Assembly: GCA_036703985.1 (NCBI GenBank)
Contig: DATNQN010000123.1
Location: 126,816-162,260 of the forward strand
Length of the DNA stretch: 35,445 nt
DNA from: Leptolyngbyaceae cyanobacterium
GTDB lineage: Bacteria; Cyanobacteriota; Cyanobacteriia; Cyanobacteriales; Aerosakkonemataceae
Reading direction: 5' to 3'
Both the position numbers and the translations under genes were made by a program. The notes beneath the pieces are model-generated. The model was not told the DNA's origin. It was given only the letters and a program-made list of their open reading frames with translations, and searched no databases. Positions 16,571 through 23,821 of the stretch are shown in pieces (the stretch's first letter is position 1; each line of letters starts with the position of its first letter).

Positions 16571-18187
16571 ATGAAAATCAAAATCATATGGCATTTCGCC
16601 ATCTCTTTATTTGGCGGTATTCTAATGGGGTTAACAACTGCCCCAGTAAATGCTTGGCCATTAGCATGGATAGCCCTAATTCCCCTCTGGATTTCAGTAA
16701 TTAAAACTCAAAACAAACCAAAACCATTTCACCCTTCACCCTTCATCCTTCATCCTTTACTTTGGGGTATCGGATATCACGGCATTGCCTTATTTTGGAT
16801 TACCGGAATTCACCCCATGACATGGCTGGGAGTTCCCTGGTGGCCGAGTTTAGCGATCGCAATTTTTTGTTGGACGTTCATCACTCTTTGGGGTGCGGCA
16901 TTAGTTACCGTTTGGGCGATCGCCTCTAAAACCATTTTCAACTTAATTGAAAATCCCAAATCTCCCCTCAAAAATAGCCTTTTTCGCATCTTAATCGGCA
17001 CGACTTTTTGGTGTGCTTTAGAAACCTTTTGGAGTTGGGGCGATTTATGGTGGACATCCCTATCTTACACCCAAAGCCCCCACAATCTCCCAATTTTACA
17101 CCTCGCTCAAATTTCCGGCCCCAACACGATTACAGCCGCTATCGTAGCCGTAAACGCAACAATTGCTGAATTGGTCATCGGTCATTGGTCATTGGTCATT
17201 AATAAAGAAAAACATAAGTTATATCGAAAAATTTTCCCTAAATTACTGGTTATCATTAGTTTCTTAGTAGGATTGCATTTAATAGGATTTTTTCTCTATA
17301 ATCGTCCCCTGATTCAAACACCAGAAACCGCATTAAAAGTAGGAATCATTCAAGGCAATATACCTAATCAAATCAAATTCAATTCAGCCGGATGGTATCG
17401 CGCTATCGAAGGTTATACCACCGGATATCGCGAGTTAGCAGATCGGGGAGTCGATGCAGTTTTAATCCCCGAAACAGCATTACCATTTATCTGGACAGAT
17501 CCGAATCAAGTCCCTCGTTCCTTTTACTCTGCCGTATTAGAAAAAGGCGTAGTTGCTTGGGTAGGAGGTTTTGGACAAGAAGGAAATAATTTTACCAACA
17601 GCTTATTTACAATTAGTGGCAATGGTAACATTTTCAGCCGTTACGACAAAGTAAAATTAGTTCCCTTGGGAGAATATATCCCCTTTGAAGAAATCGTCGG
17701 AAAATTAATCGATCGCCTTTCTCCCCTAGACGCCCATTTAGTGAAAGGAAAACCAACTCAAATATTTGAAACCCCTTTTGGGCGTGCCATAGTCGGTATT
17801 TGCTACGATTCGGCTTTTGCTAAACTCTTTCGCCGTCAAGCTGCGGCGGGCGGGCAATTTATTCTCAGCGCTTCTAATGACGCCCATTATAAAGCATCGA
17901 TGGCTGCCCAACACCATGCCCAAGATGTAATGCGGGCAATTGAGAACGATCGCTGGACTCTCAGAGCCACCAATACAGGTTATTCTGCGATCGTAGACCC
18001 CCACGGCAGAACTCTGTGGATATCGAAAATTAACACTTACGAAATTCATGCGGCAACAATTTATCGGCAACAGAGTCAAACCTTATATGTTCGCTGGGGA
18101 GATTGGTTAACACCCCTTTTGCTAGCAATAGTTACGACCACTAGTGCAGGAGAATATTACTACCAAAGGGTGAAGTCGGAAGTCTAA
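16571..18187 (+). CDS. lnt: apolipoprotein N-acyltransferase
   Basis: An N-terminal polytopic membrane domain is followed by a CN-hydrolase domain (VGICYDSAFAKLFRR..SASNDAHY). The start at 16571 (MKIKIIWH..) is preferred over 16535, which lies inside the SDR. The CDS contains two in-frame heptamer arrays. Confidence 0.85.
   Translation: MKIKIIWHFAISLFGGILMGLTTAPVNAWPLAWIALIPLWISVIKTQNKPKPFHPSPFILHPLLWGIGYHGIALFWITGIHPMTWLGVPWWPSLAIAIFCWTFITLWGAALVTVWAIASKTIFNLIENPKSPLKNSLFRILIGTTFWCALETFWSWGDLWWTSLSYTQSPHNLPILHLAQISGPNTITAAIVAVNATIAELVIGHWSLVINKEKHKLYRKIFPKLLVIISFLVGLHLIGFFLYNRPLIQTPETALKVGIIQGNIPNQIKFNSAGWYRAIEGYTTGYRELADRGVDAVLIPETALPFIWTDPNQVPRSFYSAVLEKGVVAWVGGFGQEGNNFTNSLFTISGNGNIFSRYDKVKLVPLGEYIPFEEIVGKLIDRLSPLDAHLVKGKPTQIFETPFGRAIVGICYDSAFAKLFRRQAAAGGQFILSASNDAHYKASMAAQHHAQDVMRAIENDRWTLRATNTGYSAIVDPHGRTLWISKINTYEIHAATIYRQQSQTLYVRWGDWLTPLLLAIVTTTSAGEYYYQRVKSEV
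16728..16759. repeat. heptamer array (CCCTTCA/TCCTTCA x~4.5) in-frame inside lnt, encoding ..FHPSPFILHPLL..
   Basis: A 7-bp periodicity read from the sequence. It belongs to the same CCTTCAT/ATGAAGG family seen in intergenic arrays at 18188-18245, 21185-21226, 29221-29262 and 34405-34425. Confidence 0.8.
17171..17200. repeat. STRR2-type heptamer array TTGGTCA x4 in-frame inside lnt, encoding ..ELVIGHWSLVIN..
   Basis: Exact TTGGTCA repeats read from the sequence. TTGGTCA is the STRR2 unit described in heterocystous cyanobacteria (recalled from memory). Confidence 0.85.
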
Positions 18188-18282
18188 AGGATGAAGTATT
18201 AAGTCTGAAGGATAAATAATAAAGGATGAAGGATGAAGTAAAAAGAATTTAATTTTGAATTTTGAATTTTGAATTTTGAATT
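18188..18282. repeat. intergenic heptamer arrays (AAGGATG/ATGAAGG-type followed by AATTTTG x5)
   Basis: The sequence reads aattttgaattttgaattttgaattttgaattc at 18250-18282. Spurious ORFs translate this region as HPSSF/ILHPLDF repeats. Confidence 0.8.
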
Positions 18283-18336
18283 CTCCACCATCCCCCCATC
18301 TCCCCATTTTCCCATCCCTCCACCCCGTCTTAACCT

Positions 18337-20121
18337 ATGACACTTCCTATCAACACATTCTTTGACGAAGGTTACTATAGCCTCAACAATCCTGATGTTT
18401 ATGCCGCCATTCTCAAAGGACAAATTAGTAACGGATACCAACATTTCATCAGCGTTGGTGCTAGAGATGGACGCAATCCAAGTGAAGTATTTGACAGCAA
18501 ATATTACTTAGGTTTGTATCCAGATATAGCAGCAGCAGTTGCTAATGGCAGCATTGCTAGTGCTTACGATCATTTCGTGCAATTCGGTGCTAGAGAAGGG
18601 CGCGATCCTTCTCCCTTATTCAGCAGCAGTTACTACCTCAGTCAATATCCAGATGTAGCAGCAGTTGTTAATAGTGGAGGCATTCGTAGCGCTTTCGATC
18701 ATTTTTTAGCATTTGGTGCTAACGAGGGTCGAAATCCCAGTTCATTATTTAATACTAGCGTTTATCTCAGTCAAAATCCAGATGTGGCTACTGCGGCTGC
18801 TACAGGTGTAATTAGTGCTTTTGAACATTATATTCGCTTCGGTAAAAACGAACAAAGACCGGGTGTATTAGCCGATCGATTCGACATTCAATTTGACTAT
18901 CGTTTTGATACCAATCGTTTTTTTGCCGACCCGGTAAGAAGGGGTGTTTTAGAAGCAGCAGCTAATGTCTGGGAATCTTATATCCAAAATGAATTTAAAG
19001 ATGTTCCTGCTGGTACTTCATTTAGATTTCTCAATCCTACATCTGGTTTGATTGAAGAATTAAGTTTAAATTCTGATATTGATGATTTGCTAATTTTGGT
19101 AGGGGCAGGGCCAACACCTTTTGGCGACTTAACCGATGCTTTGGCAGCTTCTGCTACAGAAGGTTACGAAACTACTGGCAGTACCTACTACAACCGATTA
19201 ACTGGCTCTCAATTTCAACCTTTTCTCGGTACGCTTTCGTTTAATTCCACATTAAATTGGTTTTTCGATCCCTCGCTGGATACATCTAATGATATCCCCT
19301 CCGGGGCGCAAGATTTTTACAGTACTGCTTTGCACGAAATCGCACATATTTTGGGATTGGGAGGCGCACCTATTTTCCGACAATTAGGTGAAGGGGCTTT
19401 GTTTAACGGTGTGAATGCCAAAAATGTAAATGGCGGTTCTCCGATTCCTTTAGAAACCGATTTAGGACATATCAAAGATGGTTTTTTAAGTGATGGTCAA
19501 CCAACGTTAATGGACCCCACTTATCCGAATGCTCGAATTATTCCCACGCGGGTAGATTTGGCAATGTTGGCGGATATTGGTTACCGAATTCCCGGTTTTC
19601 AACCGCAAGGTTCTTTATCAACTTTATCAACTCCTAATGATGACACTATTTTTGGTACGGTGCAGAATGATGTCATCAATGGTAATGCTGGTAATGACTA
19701 TCTTTTGGGTGATTTAGGTGCGGATATTCTCAGGGGTGGTGCTGGGGATGATATCGTTTCTGGGGAAGATGATAATGATATCTTATTTGGCGATCGCGGA
19801 AACGATCGAGTATCGGGCGGTTTAGGCGATGATATCATCATTGGTGGCCCTGGCGATGATAACTTGTTTGGCAGCGGTGGGCGAGATACATTTATTTATG
19901 ACGCTGGCAGAGATGCGATCGCGGATTTCCGAGTATCAGAAGACATAGTACAAGTAAGTCGAGCCCTCGGTTTTGCTAATGGTGCTGCTGCTTTCAACGC
20001 GATTACTACCGGGACGAATGACAATGGCGATCGCTATTCCATCTTGACAGTTACTTCCCAAAACATCCTCACCATCTTCCACGATGTGCCGATGACAGCA
20101 GCTAACTTTACAGTTGTCTAG
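18337..20121 (+). CDS. secreted RTX-type (hemolysin-type Ca-binding repeat) protein with four N-terminal ~46-aa tandem repeats and a central metzincin-like domain carrying a degenerate HEIAHILGLGG motif
   Basis: There is no N-terminal signal peptide. Four repeats of ..YYLSQYPDVAAAV..G.I.SAFDHF..FGA.EGR.PS.LF lie at aa ~10-185. HEIAH is at nt 19333-19347, but the third His of HEXXHXXGXXH is replaced by Gly. GGxGxDxUx nonapeptide repeats occupy aa ~450-520, consistent with a T1SS substrate. Confidence 0.75.
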   Translation: MTLPINTFFDEGYYSLNNPDVYAAILKGQISNGYQHFISVGARDGRNPSEVFDSKYYLGLYPDIAAAVANGSIASAYDHFVQFGAREGRDPSPLFSSSYYLSQYPDVAAVVNSGGIRSAFDHFLAFGANEGRNPSSLFNTSVYLSQNPDVATAAATGVISAFEHYIRFGKNEQRPGVLADRFDIQFDYRFDTNRFFADPVRRGVLEAAANVWESYIQNEFKDVPAGTSFRFLNPTSGLIEELSLNSDIDDLLILVGAGPTPFGDLTDALAASATEGYETTGSTYYNRLTGSQFQPFLGTLSFNSTLNWFFDPSLDTSNDIPSGAQDFYSTALHEIAHILGLGGAPIFRQLGEGALFNGVNAKNVNGGSPIPLETDLGHIKDGFLSDGQPTLMDPTYPNARIIPTRVDLAMLADIGYRIPGFQPQGSLSTLSTPNDDTIFGTVQNDVINGNAGNDYLLGDLGADILRGGAGDDIVSGEDDNDILFGDRGNDRVSGGLGDDIIIGGPGDDNLFGSGGRDTFIYDAGRDAIADFRVSEDIVQVSRALGFANGAAAFNAITTGTNDNGDRYSILTVTSQNILTIFHDVPMTAANFTVV

Positions 20122-20130
20122 CGCTGGGCA

Positions 20131-20264
20131 ATGGTCATCAGTCATTTGTCATTAGTTATTAGTTATTAGTTATTAGTTAGTTTGCATTTACCACTAACCA
20201 CTAACTAATTAACAATCACTATTTTCCGATCGCAAATGACCGATGACCAATGACCAATGACCAA
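20131..20264. repeat. long imperfect hairpin built from heptamer arrays (ATGGTCA.., TAGTTAT x4 | ..CTAACCA, GACCAAT x3) between convergent RTX gene and cysH
   Basis: The left half (GGTCAT.., TAGTTAT array) is the reverse complement of the right half (ACTAACC.., ATGACC/GACCAAT array). GACCAAT is the reverse complement of STRR2. The array abuts the cysH TAA stop at 20265-20267. Confidence 0.8.
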
Positions 20265-20999
20265 TTAAAGATGAATCCCGCACTCTGTTTTTCCCATGCC
20301 GCGCCAGCGACCAGCCCGTTCGTGTTCCCCTTCTCTCACTGGCGTGGTCAGGGGTTCGTCGCCGATACTCGTGTAGCCTTGGTCATGTAGAGGATGATAA
20401 ATAACACCGTGTTTTGCGATATAACCCCATGTTTCCTTGCGCGTCCAGGTAGCCAAGGGATTAACTTTCAGCCGCCCGTTTTTATCTAATTCAAATATTT
20501 CCAGTTGGGTGCGAGTGTGGGCTTGATCCCGACGGCGACCGTTGATCCAGGCGATCGTTTTCAGTTCCCCTAGACCCCTTTGTAACGGTTCGACTTTTGT
20601 TAGATAGTGGAATTTTTCAATATCCTTCTGCCATAGATTTTGTCCGTAACGAGTGGCAAAAGCTTCGCGGGAGTTGACTTCCAGCGTTTTGTAAACCCGC
20701 AAATCCAAGTTGTAAACTTCCTTCGCTTTTTCTACAAACTCTAGAGTTTCCCGAAAGTGGTGCAGGGTGTCGAGAAATAGCACCGGGACTTTTGGCTTAA
20801 CTTTCAGAACGCGGTAAAGAACATCGATGATGACCATGCCGGTGACACCAAAAGCTGTTGTTTGTACCAATCCGGTAGGGATATTTTCCGCACACCAAGC
20901 CAGAATCTCTCTAGGATGGGCGGTTTCAAATCTTCGGTTAAGTGCATCTAGGTCAAACGTAGCAACTGGGGTCAAAGACGCGATCGCAGAACTCATCAT
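20265..20999 (-). CDS. cysH: phosphoadenosine phosphosulfate (PAPS/APS) reductase, thioredoxin-dependent
   Basis: The PAPS-reductase fold includes the LFLDTLHHFRET region. The C-terminal ECGIH matches the CysH ECGLH motif. No extra Fe-S Cys cluster is present. The protein is 244 aa. Confidence 0.85.
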   Translation of the reverse strand: MMSSAIASLTPVATFDLDALNRRFETAHPREILAWCAENIPTGLVQTTAFGVTGMVIIDVLYRVLKVKPKVPVLFLDTLHHFRETLEFVEKAKEVYNLDLRVYKTLEVNSREAFATRYGQNLWQKDIEKFHYLTKVEPLQRGLGELKTIAWINGRRRDQAHTRTQLEIFELDKNGRLKVNPLATWTRKETWGYIAKHGVIYHPLHDQGYTSIGDEPLTTPVREGEHERAGRWRGMGKTECGIHL

Positions 21000-21184
21000 T
21001 CTTTACACCTCTGTTAGTTAAGCACAAGTACTTATCTTACATTTCATTAAGCACTTTTAAGTAACTTAAGGAAAAAAGAATCTTTTTTCTCATTTGCGAT
21101 CGAACCTTCACCCCATTGGCCCAGGACTTAGGCTTGTTGACTAAGGAATGAGGGGTGCAGGGGAGAGAGGGAGATAAATATAAT

Positions 21185-21226
21185 TTCATCCTTCATCCTT
21201 CATCCTTCACACTTCATCCTTCACTC
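21185..21226. repeat. heptamer array CATCCTT/CACCTTC x6 overlapping the stop codon of tsaB
   Basis: The sequence reads ttcatccttcatccttcatccttcacacttcatccttcactc. The minus-strand TGA (21221-21223) lies in the last unit. Confidence 0.8.
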
Positions 21227-21883
21227 GATCGGATGCTGACCGTAAAAAGGCAGCGCCTCCGACCAATGGGGACGCAATCCTTTTTGCCAATCCAGATATG
21301 CCAGTTCCAACACGCTAGTCACCGAACCGCCCAAATTCTTCGGTGCTTCGATTAATTCATAGATATCTGGCCAATTTGCCAGGGTTTCTTCCCATTTTTC
21401 CGGCTTCATCACCGCATCTGGTAATAATTCAACTACACCAGCATCATTACCCGCCACCTTATATATAGCCACAAATATTTCACCCCGATGGGCAGGCAAC
21501 TGAACTGCCACCTGTTTAGAAAGACCTCCCTCTTTCTCAAATGACAAATGACTACTGACAAATGACGAGTATGCTGCTAACGAAGACACTGTAAACAATG
21601 GAATATCTAGCTGTTGGGCAATAGTACGCGCAGTAACTACCCCGATTCGAGTACTGGTGAAACTACCCGGGCCGATCGCCACAGCCATAAATGCCAAGTC
21701 TTCCCAAGTTTGAGGGTATATAAATTTACTTAAAATATCGTGTAAATGCGTAGATAATTCTACGCCTAATTCCCATGTTTGAGAGCGACGATCGTTCGTA
21801 AAGTCCCCGATCGCGATCCCTAATTCTCCGCTGGTTGTGTGAAGAGCAAGGCCGTATTTTCTTTTTTCTGGCAAAACCAACAT
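21221..21883 (-). CDS. tsaB: tRNA threonylcarbamoyladenosine biosynthesis protein TsaB (YeaZ-like, Kae1/TsaD paralog)
   Basis: The N-terminus LALHTTSGELGIAIGDF and the GPGSFTSTRIGVVTARTIAQQLDIP motif are typical of YeaZ/TsaB. The protein is ~220 aa. It contains an in-frame AATGACA-type heptamer array at ~21538-21570 encoding SSFVSSHLSF. Confidence 0.7.
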   Translation of the reverse strand: MLVLPEKRKYGLALHTTSGELGIAIGDFTNDRRSQTWELGVELSTHLHDILSKFIYPQTWEDLAFMAVAIGPGSFTSTRIGVVTARTIAQQLDIPLFTVSSLAAYSSFVSSHLSFEKEGGLSKQVAVQLPAHRGEIFVAIYKVAGNDAGVVELLPDAVMKPEKWEETLANWPDIYELIEAPKNLGGSVTSVLELAYLDWQKGLRPHWSEALPFYGQHPIE

Positions 21884-22276
21884 CTATTAATTCCGTAAAC
21901 CACTGATTTATTATCCCCAAAAATACGGACTACTTTTCACCATAAATACTTATTTTAGAGATAGTTACTTATTTCTACTATTTTTAAATATCCGTATTTC
22001 TAGCAAAGTTAAAACTTTTTACGAGAAAATCAACCTAATTTAAAGCTTTAGTTAATTCCCTGTTTTTCCCTTGCGCTTGTTTCAAAATGATGGCTATGAT
22101 GCAATCAAGACAAAAGCAATGACGGCAGTCAAAAAAATAAGTTCCCGGGTTTCAAAAAAAAATTTTCAGGACTTAAAAATTGCCTCTCTGTCATCAAGAA
22201 ACCCTGTCTGATAAAAATTAAATAGATTAGATTAAGTCAAATTTGTTGTGACTAATTACTACTGGAGGAATGAAAG

Positions 22277-23155
22277 ATGAAATTAAATCATACAGTGTCA
22301 TTTTTAGGCTTGGCTTGCGGCACGTTCATCGCTCTTGCTACTTCTGCTCAAGCTGCCAATTTTACAACCAACGTCCAAAAAACTGACGCTAAATCAGATA
22401 TATGGTTGCAATCCGTTACCCAAAACGGTGTCACCATTAACAAATTCAACTTAATTAATGAAGCCAAGGGAAATATCCTGTTTAACGACACCATCAAATT
22501 AAGTGGCAAAGATGGAGAAACAGCCAATCCTAATGCAGGAGGCTACAACAACAATACAGGTGCAGCCAGTACAGATAGAGGAGATAATGCCAGTAAACCC
22601 AATGGTTTAGAGGTGTCTGGTGTTAAAGACCCGACTATGCCTGAAATTGCTACATATCTGGGTAACCAGAACATGAATAATATTATCGACACTGAAGATG
22701 ATGGTGCTTTTGAAATGAACCTTTTCTTCACCTATATGCTTCAACAAGATAACAAAGGTTTAGATAATGTATTCATCTGGGAACGGGGAAAAAATAGCGA
22801 TATAGTCGTACAAGCGATCGATGAAAAAGGCGATATTATCGGCAATTACCTGAAACTAAACCGAGGCGATCAAGCTAGTGCAGGCTATCAAATCGATACC
22901 CTAGAAATTGGCGGTGCCCAAAACGTAGGATCTTGGGGAGTTAGCCTCAGCCAACTAGGAGTTGCTTCTGCCGCAGGTATTCGCATCAAAACAGAAAATG
23001 CGTTTGATGGCCCCGACTTCAAAATCATGGCACGTTTAAATGATAATCCCGTTCTGCGGAAGCAAGCACCAGAGCCAGCAACGATGATTGGATTGGGCGT
23101 TATCGCAAGTTCTTTAGCAGTATCTCGTCGTCGTAAACTCAGCAAAGCTTGCTAA
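22277..23155 (+). CDS. PEP-CTERM sorting-domain protein (exosortase substrate), secreted
   Basis: A Sec signal peptide is present (..ALATSAQA). The C-terminal PEPATMIGLGVIASSLAVSRRRK is a PEP motif plus transmembrane helix plus Arg-rich tail. Confidence 0.75.
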   Translation: MKLNHTVSFLGLACGTFIALATSAQAANFTTNVQKTDAKSDIWLQSVTQNGVTINKFNLINEAKGNILFNDTIKLSGKDGETANPNAGGYNNNTGAASTDRGDNASKPNGLEVSGVKDPTMPEIATYLGNQNMNNIIDTEDDGAFEMNLFFTYMLQQDNKGLDNVFIWERGKNSDIVVQAIDEKGDIIGNYLKLNRGDQASAGYQIDTLEIGGAQNVGSWGVSLSQLGVASAAGIRIKTENAFDGPDFKIMARLNDNPVLRKQAPEPATMIGLGVIASSLAVSRRRKLSKAC

Positions 23156-23264
23156 TTTACAGCGTTAATTTCTGTAGTTGAAGGTAAATGGCAGGGAATA
23201 AAAATACTTGGTAAATAGTGCATCTATCTAGGAATTGACAGTAAAATATTGCGTTCTACAAATG

Positions 23265-23299
23265 TAGGGATATGGTTTGACCATACCCCTATTTTTTTA
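23265..23299 (+). terminator. rho-independent terminator of the PEP-CTERM gene: GGGATATGG-tttga-CCATACCC followed by TATTTTTTTATTT
   Basis: An 8-bp stem (with one bulge) and a T-run read from the sequence, about 110 nt after the stop. Confidence 0.6.
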
Positions 23300-23340
23300 T
23301 TTGTAGCAACCAAAAGCTTTATTTGGTAAATTCCGAGCTT

Positions 23341-23366
23341 GAGGACTTTAATCCTTACTACAAACC
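23341..23366. repeat. single unit of the GAGGACTTTA(A/G)TCCTTACTACAAAC SDR family immediately 3' of ycf34
   Basis: It matches the units at 16477-16504 and 7741-7767. It ends 4 nt from the ycf34 stop. Confidence 0.75.
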
Positions 23367-23370
23367 TCAA

Positions 23371-23619
23371 TCAAGTAGGGACTAATTCACCAGGGCGCAA
23401 TCTAGCCCACTTGCCTTTTTCTAGCTTAAAGCTTTGACAACCTACGACATCCCATTCCATTTCAATGTAGTCCTCGCGAGGACGAATGTTAACATTAATG
23501 CTGGGTTCTACAGGCTCGAAGTTTGGGTCTTCGTTCAGGTGGGGTACCTGATGCTGAGTTTCTACTGCGTGATACGTGATGCAGCGGTCTACATATTCAC
23601 AATTAATGCAAATACACAT
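23371..23619 (-). CDS. ycf34: Ycf34-like small Cys-rich protein (cyanobacterial/plastid conserved)
   Basis: The N-terminus MCICINCEYVDRCITYHAVETQHQVPHL matches the remembered Ycf34 signature MCICxNC..V..C..Y..vE.qH. The protein is 82 aa. Confidence 0.65.
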   Translation of the reverse strand: MCICINCEYVDRCITYHAVETQHQVPHLNEDPNFEPVEPSINVNIRPREDYIEMEWDVVGCQSFKLEKGKWARLRPGELVPT

Positions 23620-23821
23620 AGTACAAGCTCCAGGCGCTTTTCTGTTAATCTAGCTTAAACAAGTGGCTAATTTGTTAGTCGATTGGTTGATTTTTGTTAC
23701 GCCCTGTGTTTGGAGAGATAGGATTTTATTTAAATGCCGTGACATTTTCTATTCTGGTAGGGGGCAGGAGGCAGGGTACGGGAAAAAGATTTATGACTTT
23801 GTTAAAAGAATTAGTAAGATA

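Noticed and set aside
18188-18282. Tandem short repeats that might be mistaken for a CRISPR array (also 20131-20264, 28311-28349, 34262-34417)
   Set aside because: The periodicity is 7 bp with no unique spacers between repeats. These are heptamer (STRR-type) arrays, not CRISPR repeat-spacer units. No cas genes are present.
21155-21355. ORF-track proteins rich in HPSSF/ILHPLDF (also 18122-18307, 18199-18444)
   Set aside because: These are translations of CCTTCAT/ATGAAGG heptamer arrays, or the opposite strand of tsaB. They are repeat artefacts, not genes.
23663-23821. Longer N-terminal form of the CCA-adding enzyme (ORF-track start 23663)
   Set aside because: The extension has no similarity to nucleotidyltransferase N-termini. 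It would begin only 44 nt from the divergent ycf34 start. An internal ATG at 23822 gives a conventional N-terminus.
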